The position numbers were made by a program, and so were the translations under genes. A stretch of 64,000 nt of DNA, from the NCBI GenBank assembly GCA_964502225.1, contig CAZCUC010000004.1, positions 2,641 to 66,640 on the forward strand, given 5' to 3'. Within the stretch, counting starts at the first letter, position 1; every line of letters starts with the position of its first letter. This DNA comes from an uncultured Pseudomonadales bacterium. Lineage in GTDB: Bacteria; Patescibacteriota; Microgenomatia; UBA1400; UBA12108. Shown in pieces: positions 8,910-18,697 of this stretch. The notes beneath the pieces were generated by a model. The model made no database searches and was not told where the DNA came from. It saw only the letters and a program-made list of their open reading frames with translations.

Positions 8910-9461
8910 CTACCAGTATCCGCGACCGTAGTGGAACGTTTCTGAATTGTTCATAATTAAATCGTATTTTTCTTGTGAACATAGCGGAATGAACATGGTG
9001 CCGGGCTCGCAGATGATTTCACCGCGCACATTTTCAAAGGAGATGTCGCGCTGGATTAGAGTAAAGCCGAGTTTTTGGTAGATAGGATAAATTTTCTTTT
9101 CGAGATCGACATTGAGACAAGCTACGTCACATTTTTCTTCGCGAAGTATTAGTAGGGCCCGTTTGAGCATACTACTGGCCACGCCGTGGTGGCGATGAGC
9201 TGTAGTCACGCATACCCCACCGATACCACCGACCATTATGTTTTGACCGGCAAATACCACTTCACGTTTAAAAAGTGCCACCCGGCTGATCATTTCTGTC
9301 CCGATCATGGCGAATAAATAGGCTAATGGCTCGGCGATAAAATTCTCAGCTATTTCTTGAGCTGGGACGTCACCAAAACACTCATGGTTGAGTGCCTCGA
9401 GCCCTGTTTGCTGGTCGGGCGTTAGCTCCCCTACTCTTACTAGTTCGATGGCAAAGTTCAT
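8910..9461 (-). CDS. GNAT-family N-acetyltransferase
   Basis: acetyl-CoA binding motif A-like region (VCVTTAHRHHGVASSMLKRA); start moved to MNFAIELV (ATG 9459-9461). Confidence 0.7.
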   Translation of the reverse strand: MNFAIELVRVGELTPDQQTGLEALNHECFGDVPAQEIAENFIAEPLAYLFAMIGTEMISRVALFKREVVFAGQNIMVGGIGGVCVTTAHRHHGVASSMLKRALLILREEKCDVACLNVDLEKKIYPIYQKLGFTLIQRDISFENVRGEIICEPGTMFIPLCSQEKYDLIMNNSETFHYGRGYW

Positions 9462-9486
9462 GAGGGTATTGTAGCAGTTGGTATCC

Positions 9487-9511
9487 GGTTCGATGGTTCG
9501 AACCATCGAAC
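9487..9511. repeat. GGTTCGATGGTTCGAACCATCGAAC palindrome, copy 1 (abuts the HIT stop)
   Basis: 12-bp arms with zero loop; the same 26-bp palindrome recurs at 38205-38230. Confidence 0.7.
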
Positions 9512-9975
9512 TATTGGAGTTTGGAGCGGAGCTTGTCGGCGTATTCTTTACGCTTAGCTGGATCGGCGAGTTGTTTGTTCGACATATTCTCGTGCAAAGC
9601 ATCATTTTCATAGCGAGGAAAAATGTGGAGGTGGTAATGGAAGGCGTGCTGGCCGCCGGCGGGCTCGTTGTTTTGTAGGGTCGTGATGCCGTCACATCCA
9701 TATGCTTCTTTCATGGCGATGGCGACTTTTTTAGAAATGTTGAAAATGTGGATACCTAGATCACTGGGAAGATCATAGAGATTTTCGTAGTGATCGTTTG
9801 GGACCACTATCACGTGGCCGGGATTGTTTTTGATCCAAAAGGAATTGATAAAAGCGGTTACAAACTCGTCGATATAGACGATGTCGGTGAGACTCAAGAG
9901 AGTATCCTCACTCTCTACCCCGCTGACTCCTAGGCAGATGGGGCAAATGTAGTCGGCTGAGGCGTGGTTGTGCAT
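9511..9975 (-). CDS. HIT-family (histidine triad) hydrolase
   Basis: HYHLHIFPR histidine triad. Confidence 0.85.
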   Translation of the reverse strand: MHNHASADYICPICLGVSGVESEDTLLSLTDIVYIDEFVTAFINSFWIKNNPGHVIVVPNDHYENLYDLPSDLGIHIFNISKKVAIAMKEAYGCDGITTLQNNEPAGGQHAFHYHLHIFPRYENDALHENMSNKQLADPAKRKEYADKLRSKLQ

Positions 9976-9999
9976 AGATTACTATTATATCGACCAATC

Positions 10000-10557
10000 C
10001 TACCTTAATAAGGGTTTTTCTATCAAGGCCGGAGTCGAAAAGTCTAATCGCCTAGCCTGATCTAAAAAGAGCTTAATAGTTGCTTCGAAGTCTACATATT
10101 CAGGTAGAGCGGCTTCTTGGAGAATTCCTTCCTCCAGCATGGCTACCATAGCTTCGCTACTGGAGATGCCCATTGGATTGGCTGTCATACCACTAAATCT
10201 TTTATATCCACCGGTGCTATGATCGTAATAGTACATTTTATCCTGACCTGTCGAAGATACTCCAGAAACTTCTAGACCATACCGTGGTTCATCGTTTTCT
10301 TCCCAACGCATCATTCCTCTCATTAATCCAACCCAGCTATCTCCAATTCGAACTACTAATGCTGCATTCAACTGACCAGACTTAACTCCTTCTCCCCACT
10401 CCCACTTGTAGAACACCCATTTTCTACTACCGTCTGAACTAAATACTTCTCGTTCATTTGATTCCTCTCTGCTGGCTAATCTGTCTATCGCTCGTCTTAG
10501 TCCTTTGAAAAGAGATACACCTTTTCTTTTCGGACCGTTGAACCCTTCGATACTCAT
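10000..10557 (-). CDS. hypothetical protein (185 aa), no recognizable domain
   Basis: ORF only; sits between the complete HIT gene and a duplicated HIT 5' fragment. Confidence 0.45.
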   Translation of the reverse strand: MSIEGFNGPKRKGVSLFKGLRRAIDRLASREESNEREVFSSDGSRKWVFYKWEWGEGVKSGQLNAALVVRIGDSWVGLMRGMMRWEENDEPRYGLEVSGVSSTGQDKMYYYDHSTGGYKRFSGMTANPMGISSSEAMVAMLEEGILQEAALPEYVDFEATIKLFLDQARRLDFSTPALIEKPLLR

Positions 10558-10593
10558 CTAGTTATTGTAATCTATAGGTCAAATCATTTCGTA

Positions 10594-10635
10594 TTAGATG
10601 GGACAAATGTAGTCGGAATCAACGTGGTTGTGCAT
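10594..10635 (-). pseudogene. truncated duplicate of the HIT gene 5' end (MHNHVDSDYICPI*)
   Basis: about 38 bp match 9937-9975 (MHNHASADYICPI...) with 7 mismatches, then an immediate stop. Confidence 0.55.
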
Positions 10636-11380
10636 TTTGTTGTAATTTTTTCTTATTTAAAACTAGCAAATATGCTTTTTCTAAGTTATCAATTAATGAT
10701 TGTTTCGTTGTATCTCCGATTTCTAAATAGACATGGATAGCAATAATTATAAGCAAACTTGATAAAGTATACTGGCTTAAGAGAAAAGTTTTTACTACTA
10801 AAATAACTAACGCAACAATTAATCCTTTTAATAAATTAAACCTCTTATTATATTTCGTACTTAGAGTCCCATCATTTTCTTTACACATTTGCTTACTAAG
10901 TCTAAATAATTCATAAGAATTCCCGCTGATTGAGAAATATTCATTTAGTTTTTTTACTAGTGTGTTTTTATATTCTTCGCTGATCAAATGACTTTCTTGG
11001 TCAAGAGGACTCGGTAAACTGAAATAAAGACGAATCGACTTAATCTTCTTATTTGCCCAGCTCCATTTTTTAGTTATAAAGAGTAAAAGTAGTAGAGATC
11101 TATCTGTTGTTCCTATTACCGCACTAAACACCAGATCATTGACTATTCCAATCAAAAGTAAAATTAGCATTGATATAGATAACTGTATTAATCCAACGTT
11201 ATAGTCTAATAAGATAGATAAAATCCACATCCATTCACTCAGGTTATTTCCGATGAAAAAATATGCAAGAGCAAGAAGAGAAAATGCGCCAGAAATAATA
11301 AGTGATGACCATGTAACTATTTCTGTTGTTACCAGGTTGTTTAAATTTATATCTTTTAGTATTTCTTTTGCGTTAAGCAT
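10619..11380 (-). CDS. AT-rich polytopic membrane protein, hypothetical (likely horizontally acquired)
   Basis: strong drop in GC across 10640-11400; 4-5 predicted TM segments; no homology recognised. Confidence 0.5.
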   Translation of the reverse strand: MLNAKEILKDINLNNLVTTEIVTWSSLIISGAFSLLALAYFFIGNNLSEWMWILSILLDYNVGLIQLSISMLILLLIGIVNDLVFSAVIGTTDRSLLLLLFITKKWSWANKKIKSIRLYFSLPSPLDQESHLISEEYKNTLVKKLNEYFSISGNSYELFRLSKQMCKENDGTLSTKYNKRFNLLKGLIVALVILVVKTFLLSQYTLSSLLIIIAIHVYLEIGDTTKQSLIDNLEKAYLLVLNKKKLQQNAQPR

Positions 11381-11396
11381 AATTATTATTATACTA

Positions 11397-11423
11397 AAAG
11401 CCCCGGGGTGACCGGGGCTTTTA
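11397..11423 (-). terminator. dnaK intrinsic terminator
   Basis: stem agccccgg/ccggggct with a U-run on the minus transcript, directly after the dnaK stop. Confidence 0.75.
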
Positions 11424-11437
11424 AGTTTTAAATAAAC

Positions 11438-13393
11438 TTATTTCTTTTTCTTTTTGGGTCCGTCGTCGACGACCTCGCCTTCCTCGGCTTTTTCGGAAGA
11501 GTCGGTGGGTCCTTCGGCAGGCTCAGATGGTTCGGGCTGCGGTCCTTCGGTAGACTCAGGACCTTTCTGGCTATCGCCAGATGCGGCTTTGTAGAGACGC
11601 TCGCCGTATTTGGAGAGCGACTCGGAAGCTTTCTTGTAGACCTCATCGATCGACTCGGCCGTCGCATCGGATTTGTCCTTCTCTTCTTTGAGAGCCTTGA
11701 TAGCTTCCTCGATCTCCTTCTTCTCGTCTTCGGTGATTTTGTCACCGGCATCTTTGACGGATTTTTCGGCGGTGAAGATCAAGGTTTCGGCTTCGTTCTT
11801 TTTGTCGACGAGCTCTTTCTTTTTCTTGTCTTCGTCGGCGTATTTCTCGGCCTCTTGCTTCATGCGCTCAACCTCTTCGTCGGTCAAGTTGGTGGCGTTC
11901 TGGATGCTAATCTTCTGTTCCTTGCCCGTGCCTTTGTCCTTGGCGCTCACGTGCAAGATGCCAGAAGCATCGATGTCAAAGGTGACTTCGATTTGTGGGA
12001 CGCCGCGGGGAGCGGGAGCGATGCCGTCCAGGATAAAGCGGCCGAGCGTTTTGTTGTCGGCAGCCATGGGGCGCTCACCCTGCAAAATATTGATCTCGAC
12101 CTGGGGCTGGTTGTCAGCGGCAGTACTAAAGACCTGTGATTTGCTGGTTGGCACCGTGGTGTTGCGATCGATCAAAGGAGTGCGGACTGCACCCATAGTC
12201 TCGATACCGAGAGTGAGCGGGGTCACGTCGAGCAAGAGCACGTCGTGGACTTCGCCACCTAAGATACCAGCCTGAATGGCGGCACCTACGGCAACGACTT
12301 CGTCGGGATTGACGCCTTTGTGGGGCTCTTTGCCAAAGAAGTCGGCCACGGCTTTTTGTACGGCTGGCATGCGAGTTTGGCCACCTACGAGGACTATTTC
12401 GTCGATCTCACTGGCTTTGACTTTGGCGTCGGCCAAACATTTTTTGACTGGTTCCATGGAGCGCTTGATCAGGTCAGCCGTGAGCTCTTCGAGCTTGGCG
12501 CGCGTGATCTTCATGGTCAAGTGGAGAGGACCGTTTGGACCCTGAGTAATGAAGGGCTGGTTGATCTCGGCTTCCATAGAAGTAGAGAGCTCGATTTTGG
12601 CTTTTTCGGCACTGTCGCGCACGCGCTGGAGAGCTTGTTTGTCGGATGACAAATCGACGCTGTTCTCTTTTTTGAACTCAGAGACGATGTGCTCGATGAG
12701 CTTGCTATCAAAATCATCACCACCGAGGAAGGTGTCGCCATTGGTCGCTTTGACTTCAAAAACTCCGTCGCCAATCTCGAGGACTGAGATATCGAAAGTT
12801 CCACCACCGAGGTCATAGACGGCGATCTTGCCGGATTTCTTTTTGTCCAGGCCGTAGGCGAGAGCGGCGGCTGTTGGCTCGTTGACGATGCGTTTGACGT
12901 CTAGTCCAGCAATTTTGCCGGCTTGCATGGTGGCCTGGCGCTGAGAGTCGTCGAAGTAGGCGGGAACAGTGATGACCGCGGAGTCTACTTTGGTACCCAA
13001 ATAGGCTTCGGCATCGGCCTTGGCTTTTTGCAGAATCTTGGCGGAGATTTCTTGTGGGCTATAGACTTTGCCATCGACCTTGACACTCGCCATGTCGTCT
13101 TTGCCGCCGACGATTTCGTAGGCGACTTTTTTCATGGTGTCTTTGACCATAGCGTCGCCCATTTTGCGACCCATGAGACGTTTCACACTGTAGATAGTAT
13201 TTTTGCTATTGAGAATCATTTGGTTTTTGGCCACGGCTCCGACCAAGTTTTTGACTGGCTCGACGATAGAGGGGAAAGTGTTACTACCCTCGTGGGTAGG
13301 GATCACTTTGGCTTTACCGCCTTCCATAACGGCGATACAACTATTGGTGGTACCGAGGTCGATACCGATGGTTTTACTGTTTGTGGTTGACAT
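11438..13393 (-). CDS. dnaK: molecular chaperone DnaK (Hsp70)
   Basis: [22 protein letters not shown], full Hsp70 architecture. Confidence 0.95.
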   Translation of the reverse strand: MSTTNSKTIGIDLGTTNSCIAVMEGGKAKVIPTHEGSNTFPSIVEPVKNLVGAVAKNQMILNSKNTIYSVKRLMGRKMGDAMVKDTMKKVAYEIVGGKDDMASVKVDGKVYSPQEISAKILQKAKADAEAYLGTKVDSAVITVPAYFDDSQRQATMQAGKIAGLDVKRIVNEPTAAALAYGLDKKKSGKIAVYDLGGGTFDISVLEIGDGVFEVKATNGDTFLGGDDFDSKLIEHIVSEFKKENSVDLSSDKQALQRVRDSAEKAKIELSTSMEAEINQPFITQGPNGPLHLTMKITRAKLEELTADLIKRSMEPVKKCLADAKVKASEIDEIVLVGGQTRMPAVQKAVADFFGKEPHKGVNPDEVVAVGAAIQAGILGGEVHDVLLLDVTPLTLGIETMGAVRTPLIDRNTTVPTSKSQVFSTAADNQPQVEINILQGERPMAADNKTLGRFILDGIAPAPRGVPQIEVTFDIDASGILHVSAKDKGTGKEQKISIQNATNLTDEEVERMKQEAEKYADEDKKKKELVDKKNEAETLIFTAEKSVKDAGDKITEDEKKEIEEAIKALKEEKDKSDATAESIDEVYKKASESLSKYGERLYKAASGDSQKGPESTEGPQPEPSEPAEGPTDSSEKAEEGEVVDDGPKKKKK

Positions 13394-13419
13394 ATTTTGT
13401 CTCCTTGTAAAATAAATAT

Positions 13420-13911
13420 TTAATTTGATGCGGGAGGATGATCATCCGCCCCTACGGGATCGCCATTACCAACAACAACTCGAGCGGTGCGCAACACTCG
13501 GTCGTGCAGGCGGTAGCCGGGACGGATAACTTTGACGACTTTGTCTTTCTCTCCCTCGCCCATTTCCTGACATTCCATAGAGGCAGGATCGTAGAGACCA
13601 TCAGTTTTGACTTGGGTTACCCCCTCTTCAACCAAGAGTTTGTCAAAGGAGCCCAGAATCATGGTAAGGCTTTGGTCTTTGAGCTGAGTGCTCGCCATAG
13701 CGAGGTGATCGCGGATGTCTAGGAGTTTGGTGAGGAGATCCGCTTTGGCAAATTTGACGACAGCAGAGCTCTGGTCGGCAAAGCGACGCTCGAGGTTGGC
13801 GTAGTCGGCGAGGGCACGGGCGAGACTAGATTCTAGGAGAGAGATGCGAGATTCTAGAGGGGAGGATTGAGGAGCTAGGGTTGGGTCAGTTTTGGGTTGA
13901 TTCTTTTTCAT
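13420..13911 (-). CDS. grpE: nucleotide exchange factor GrpE
   Basis: GrpE coiled-coil plus C-terminal beta domain; position between hrcA and dnaK. Confidence 0.85.
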   Translation of the reverse strand: MKKNQPKTDPTLAPQSSPLESRISLLESSLARALADYANLERRFADQSSAVVKFAKADLLTKLLDIRDHLAMASTQLKDQSLTMILGSFDKLLVEEGVTQVKTDGLYDPASMECQEMGEGEKDKVVKVIRPGYRLHDRVLRTARVVVGNGDPVGADDHPPASN

Positions 13912-13914
13912 AAT

Positions 13915-14646
13915 TTAGTTCCAGCTAGCGGATATTTCGTCGATAAGACTAGACATGTGGCGGAGCATGGGCATGACGTAGGGATAGTTGAGACGAGCAG
14001 GACCGATCACGCCAATATGACCGGTTTGGCCGCCGGCGGAGTAGTCTAGGTAGGCCATGGCGCAAGGATAGAGGTACTCGTTGCCGAACTCGTCGCCGAG
14101 TACGATATGAAAAGGCTGGACGTCTTCGATACGGGCAAAAATACCCTCGAGCTGTTTGTAGGATTCGACCATTTGTAGGACTTGGCGGGTGACATCGATG
14201 TCAAAAAACTCGGGGAGCGATAAAAGATTGGAGTAACCGGCGGAGTAAACACTGCCGTCGCTAGAAGTGGCAAAGGCGATATTGCCGGTTTTTTCGGAGA
14301 GAACCCGAGTGGCTTCACGCAAAAGCTGATCTAGTTCGGAGCGGTGATCCCAGATACGCTCCTTGACGGCCACCTCTTCGGTGACAGAGAGATCTTCTTC
14401 GTGCATGAGCTCGGAGACATAGAGCTTGAGGGCGATTGGGGTGGGGATGCGGCCGGCGCTGGTGTGTGGCTGTTTAAGATACCCTAAATCTTCGAGCCGG
14501 ACCATCTCGTTGCGGATGGTAGCGGGGCTTACTCCCAGGTTAAATTTCTTGTCCAGGGTATCGGAGCCGATTGGCTCACCGGTTGAGGTATACTCCTCGA
14601 CGACGGCCTTGATGATTTGGATTTGGCGCGGGCTTAAAGGTTTCAT
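13915..14646 (-). CDS. hrcA: heat-inducible transcriptional repressor HrcA (short)
   Basis: N-terminal wHTH (SPRQIQIIKAVVEEY...IGS); start moved to MKPLSPRQ (ATG 14644-14646); CIRCE immediately upstream. Confidence 0.8.
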   Translation of the reverse strand: MKPLSPRQIQIIKAVVEEYTSTGEPIGSDTLDKKFNLGVSPATIRNEMVRLEDLGYLKQPHTSAGRIPTPIALKLYVSELMHEEDLSVTEEVAVKERIWDHRSELDQLLREATRVLSEKTGNIAFATSSDGSVYSAGYSNLLSLPEFFDIDVTRQVLQMVESYKQLEGIFARIEDVQPFHIVLGDEFGNEYLYPCAMAYLDYSAGGQTGHIGVIGPARLNYPYVMPMLRHMSSLIDEISASWN

Positions 14647-14648
14647 AG

Positions 14649-14675
14649 TTAGCACTATGATAACGAGAGTGCTAG
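14649..14675. promoter_or_regulatory. CIRCE operator (TTAGCACTa-N9-GAGTGCTAg) upstream of hrcA-grpE-dnaK
   Basis: 8/9 plus 8/9 match to the TTAGCACTC-N9-GAGTGCTAA consensus with exact 9-nt spacing. Confidence 0.8.
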
Positions 14676-14695
14676 CTAGTGTCAAGTACCCCAAA

Positions 14696-16567
14696 TTAGA
14701 TCTTGAGGATTTCGGTGAAGGCTTCCTGGGGGACGGAGACGGAGCCAAGTTGTTTCATTTTCTTTTTCCCCTTCTTTTGCTTGTCGAGGAGTTTGCGGTT
14801 GCGAGTCATGTCGCCACCGTGGAGCTTGGCGGTTACGTCTTTGCGGAAGGCTTTAACCGTCGATCTAGCGATAATCTTGCCGCCGATGGCGGCCTGGATA
14901 GCTACTTCGATTAGAGACCTGGGGATGACCTCGGCTAGCTTGTCTACGAGCACGCGCGCACGCGATTCGGCGGAGTGGCGAGGTGAGACAAAAGACAAGG
15001 CCTCGGCAGGCTCACCGTTTAACAAAATATCTACTTTGGCGGCATCAACCTCGGAGTATCCTGCGTGGTCGTATTGTACGGAAGCATACCCTGAGGAGAC
15101 GGATTTGAGCCGGTCATAGAAATTGGTGATTAGCTCGGATAGTGGCATGAGATAGTTGAGGCGGACCCGGCCGGCCACGTACTGCATATCGACAAACTCG
15201 GCCCTTTTCCCCTGGGTGAGCTCCATAATCCCACCCACATATTGTTCTGGGGTATAGATGGTTAAAGTAACCATAGGTTCCTCGATATTCTGGATCTGGT
15301 CGGGACTGGGCCAGTCGGCGGGAGAGGAAATCTCTACGAAATCTTCGGGCGAAGACAGGGCTTCGCCCCTACGCATATGCATACGGTATGGGACAGAGGG
15401 CGCGGTATTAACCACAGACACCTCAAACTCGCGACTCAAACGCTCGGTGACAATCTCTGCGTGCAAAATACCCAGGAATCCGACGCGAAAACCGTGGCCG
15501 AGGGCGGGACTAGAGGCGGCGTGGTAGGTGAGAGAAGCGTCGTTTAAGGCCAGCTTGCCCAGGGCATCCACCAAGTTGCGATAATCTCCAGCATCGATTG
15601 GGTAGAGGTCCATAAAGACCATGGCTTGGGGTCGCTGATATCCCTCAACTGCAGTGACATCGGAACCCACGGTTGTGAGAGTATCGCCGATCGTGACGGC
15701 ACGGATATCTTTGTGACCGGTCGCGATATAGCCCACCTCCCCTACTTCGACATGATCAGAGGCACGCATGTCGGGAGAGAAGAAACCGATTTCTAGAGGA
15801 GAGAGCTTTTCTTTGGTAGCCAAAAGCATGAGGTTGTCCCGATTCTTCTTGTTGATCTCACCGGAAATGACTTTGACAAAAGCAATCACACCTTTGTGGG
15901 TGTCAAAAGTAGAGTTGAAGACGAGGGCTCGAAGAGGTTCAAAGTTCCGATCACTCGCCGAGGTATCTGCAAGGATCGGAACTGAGGGAGCGGGGACACG
16001 GGCGACGATGGCATCGAGGAGCTCGGTCACGCCGATGCCGGATTTGGCGGAGCCAAACAAAATATCTTCGGTTTTAAACCCAAGCGTTTCAACTAGCTCA
16101 GTCGCCACTCGCTCGGGCTCGGCGGCGGCCATATCGATTTTGTTGATGAAAGGAATAACAGTGAGCCCAGCTTCTTTGGCTTTGTCAAAATTGGCAATGG
16201 TCTGCGCCTGGATACCCTTGGTAGCGTCCACCACGAGGACCGCACCTTCGCAGGCGTGGAGGGCACGACTCACTTCGTAGCTAAAGTCGACGTGTCCGGG
16301 AGTGTCAATCAAGTTCAGAATAAATTCTGAACTTGATTGAGAAGATAGGAGAGAGATGTTAGATGCTAGGGGGGTGTAGAGCATGCGGACAGGGGCGAGC
16401 TTGATGGTGATCCCACGCTCGACCTCGATGGGGTTGCTATCCATGAGGCGGACCGTGCCACCCTTGGCGACTGTGCCGGTAGCCTCTAATAGACGGTCGG
16501 TCAAAGTAGTTTTGCCGTGGTCGATGTGGGCGATAATGCTAAAATTTCTAATTTGTTGAATACTCAT
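14696..16567 (-). CDS. lepA: elongation factor 4 (LepA)
   Basis: GTPase motifs IIAHIDHGKTTL, DTPGHVDF, NKID; LepA C-terminal domain; carries a ~10-aa insertion encoded by a palindrome. Confidence 0.95.
   Translation of the reverse strand: MSIQQIRNFSIIAHIDHGKTTLTDRLLEATGTVAKGGTVRLMDSNPIEVERGITIKLAPVRMLYTPLASNISLLSSQSSSEFILNLIDTPGHVDFSYEVSRALHACEGAVLVVDATKGIQAQTIANFDKAKEAGLTVIPFINKIDMAAAEPERVATELVETLGFKTEDILFGSAKSGIGVTELLDAIVARVPAPSVPILADTSASDRNFEPLRALVFNSTFDTHKGVIAFVKVISGEINKKNRDNLMLLATKEKLSPLEIGFFSPDMRASDHVEVGEVGYIATGHKDIRAVTIGDTLTTVGSDVTAVEGYQRPQAMVFMDLYPIDAGDYRNLVDALGKLALNDASLTYHAASSPALGHGFRVGFLGILHAEIVTERLSREFEVSVVNTAPSVPYRMHMRRGEALSSPEDFVEISSPADWPSPDQIQNIEEPMVTLTIYTPEQYVGGIMELTQGKRAEFVDMQYVAGRVRLNYLMPLSELITNFYDRLKSVSSGYASVQYDHAGYSEVDAAKVDILLNGEPAEALSFVSPRHSAESRARVLVDKLAEVIPRSLIEVAIQAAIGGKIIARSTVKAFRKDVTAKLHGGDMTRNRKLLDKQKKGKKKMKQLGSVSVPQEAFTEILKI
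16305..16340. repeat. perfect 36-bp palindrome (16-bp arms, loop taaa) inside lepA coding sequence
   Basis: tcaatcaagttcagaa taaa ttctgaacttgattga; encodes SSQSSSEFILNLI, which is extra relative to the usual LepA spacing before the DTPGH motif. Confidence 0.75.
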
Positions 16568-16679
16568 ATATCCTGTAGGGTCTGACCCGGTCTCCTTATT
16601 TGTAATATGAGTCGACTAAACATCTTGGCGTTCCGCCAGGATTTCCTTAGCAGGTCAGACCCTGTGATTATACCAGAGG

Positions 16680-18332
16680 TTAGACGGTAGGTTCGGAGGT
16701 TTCGAGGGTTTCGTCGGACTCGGAGAGGGCTTTGTGCCAGCCGCCGATCTTTTCGGCTAGGCGCACAAAAATGCCGAGCTCTTTGATGTTGAAGAGGTAT
16801 GACAAGGCAATATAGACACCCATACCAATCAATCCAACAGTTACAGTCAGGAGAATGAGAGGAATCGTGCGAGTGGTGTCGAAGATCAAGTTGTCAAAGA
16901 CACGCAGTGGTACCCAAAGCGCTAGTGAAGTGATCAAAGTAATCCCGAGCATTTTGATAGTGGGGTACAAGAGATGGGTGCCGGCAAAGTTGGCCAGACT
17001 ATAGAGCAAACTGGTTAAAACGACTGTCTCGATGAGGGAAGCGACAGTAATAGCAAAAGCCATGCCGATGACGCCGGATTTTAAGACAAACAAGAAATAG
17101 TAGCTGAGTCCAATGTTGATGGTGGTCGAGAGTAAGTTGGTGATAAAGGGAGTACTTGTGTTGTGCAGGGAGTAAAAAACTCGAACCAAGATGTGAGTCA
17201 GCGACCTGGCGGCAATCGAGACAGCCAAAATCGCAACTAGTTTGCCGGTTAAAACTGTTTCTGCCCAAGGGAACGAATCGGCTCCGTAGGCCAAGCGGAC
17301 AAGGGGGATGCGCAGAATTAGCACAATTACACTAGAGGGAAGGGCTAGATAGAGCATCTCAAGAATCGTGTTGTTGACCATGGTAGCCAGAGAGTGGAGA
17401 TCGTTTTTGGAGGTTTCTTTGGTAAAGAACGGGAGTGAAGCCTGGCCAATGGGGATGCCGATCAAGCGAACGGGCAAGTTGGCGAGTTGCTGGGCGATCG
17501 AGATAATTGTTACTGTTCCCACAGAGAGCCAACTAGAAAAAGTAACAATGGCCGTTGCCTCGATCTGGACGAGCGAGAGAGTCAAAACACGAGGGAGCAT
17601 GAGCAGACTCATTTCTTTGACTGCGCCGTGACTCTTGTCCCAGACGAATCGATACTTAAAACCAAGTTTGCGAGCGAGAGGGAGCTGGGCTAAGAGGTGG
17701 AGACAAGCTCCAATCACAACACCAACTGCGGCGCCATAAATACCGAGAGTTTTGCCAAAAGCCAAGATGCCGATAATAATCCCGACGTTGTAGAGGACTG
17801 GAGAGAGAGCTGGAATCAAGAACCGTTTATGAGTTTGGATCACGCCAGTTAAAAACGATGAAAAACCAAAGAAAAGCTGGGCAAAGGCCATAATCCGCGT
17901 GAGGCCAACCATGAGTCTCAGCTGATCCTGCGAAAATCCACCAGCAATCAAACGACTCAAGGGATAGGCAAAAATAATAACCAGGATGGTCAAGCTAATC
18001 ATCACAATCATGACGGAGTTGATCATGGAGGAGGCAATGAGATTGCTTTCGTCTTTTTTGCCGAGGTAGCGACTAAAGACTGGAATAAAAGCAGAGGATA
18101 AAGCGCCAACAATAATGATTTGAAAAATCATGTCTGGAATCCGAAAAGCGGCCCAGAATACATCTACCACAGCTTTGTCGGCGTAAAAATACTGAATAAG
18201 TAACCTGGTGCGAACTAGTCCCAAAAGGGCCGAAACCAGTGTGGCTCCCATGATAATAGTGGCGGCAGAGAGGATAGAGGAACTTTCTTTTTCAAAGAGA
18301 TTTTTGCCGTTTTGGACTAAGCGTTTGAACAT
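16680..18332 (-). CDS. murJ: lipid II flippase MurJ/MviN
   Basis: about 14 TM segments, MviN family features; start moved to MFKRLVQ (ATG 18330-18332). Confidence 0.8.
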   Translation of the reverse strand: MFKRLVQNGKNLFEKESSSILSAATIIMGATLVSALLGLVRTRLLIQYFYADKAVVDVFWAAFRIPDMIFQIIIVGALSSAFIPVFSRYLGKKDESNLIASSMINSVMIVMISLTILVIIFAYPLSRLIAGGFSQDQLRLMVGLTRIMAFAQLFFGFSSFLTGVIQTHKRFLIPALSPVLYNVGIIIGILAFGKTLGIYGAAVGVVIGACLHLLAQLPLARKLGFKYRFVWDKSHGAVKEMSLLMLPRVLTLSLVQIEATAIVTFSSWLSVGTVTIISIAQQLANLPVRLIGIPIGQASLPFFTKETSKNDLHSLATMVNNTILEMLYLALPSSVIVLILRIPLVRLAYGADSFPWAETVLTGKLVAILAVSIAARSLTHILVRVFYSLHNTSTPFITNLLSTTINIGLSYYFLFVLKSGVIGMAFAITVASLIETVVLTSLLYSLANFAGTHLLYPTIKMLGITLITSLALWVPLRVFDNLIFDTTRTIPLILLTVTVGLIGMGVYIALSYLFNIKELGIFVRLAEKIGGWHKALSESDETLETSEPTV

Positions 18333-18422
18333 AGATGTTAGTTTACCCCACTTCGCCAAGGCTACGCTAGGGGCAAGAAGTCGTTGCGCAGGAACGCGAG
18401 ACCTGGTATACTCCACAGCATT

Positions 18423-18659
18423 ATGCCAATAACAAAGTCAGCAATCAAAAAAGCCCGCGTAGATAAAAAGCGCACCCTGGGAAACATGAGTGCCAAAGGT
18501 CGTTTGAAAACTACAATCAAAGAAGCAAGAGCTAACCCAGGAGTCGAGACTCTAAAGGCCCTATATTCTGCGATGGATAGAGCAGTGAAACACCATTTGG
18601 TGGCCAAGGGTCATGCCGCTCGTCTCAAGTCACGTATCTCCAAATTGGGCAAGAAATAA
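18423..18659 (+). CDS. rpsT: 30S ribosomal protein S20
   Basis: MPITKSAIKKARVDKKRT...; the track N-extension is rejected. Confidence 0.85.
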   Translation: MPITKSAIKKARVDKKRTLGNMSAKGRLKTTIKEARANPGVETLKALYSAMDRAVKHHLVAKGHAARLKSRISKLGKK

Positions 18660-18697
18660 ACCAAGCAAAATTCTCATAAATTAGCTATACTGGAGGC

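Noticed and set aside
10619-11380. Whether the AT-rich ORF is a transposase or IS
   Set aside because: It has no DDE or HTH motifs and no terminal inverted repeats; it is predicted to be a polytopic membrane protein, so it was kept as a hypothetical acquired gene.
11673-12275. Long antisense or alternate-frame ORFs inside dnaK, groEL (55882-56610, 56607-57011), tdh (57700-58206, 58053-58808), lepA (15768-16280), the PMT-like gene and others
   Set aside because: They lie wholly inside strongly supported conserved genes on the other strand or frame; the low-complexity Ser/Ala/Thr translations are typical of shadow ORFs.
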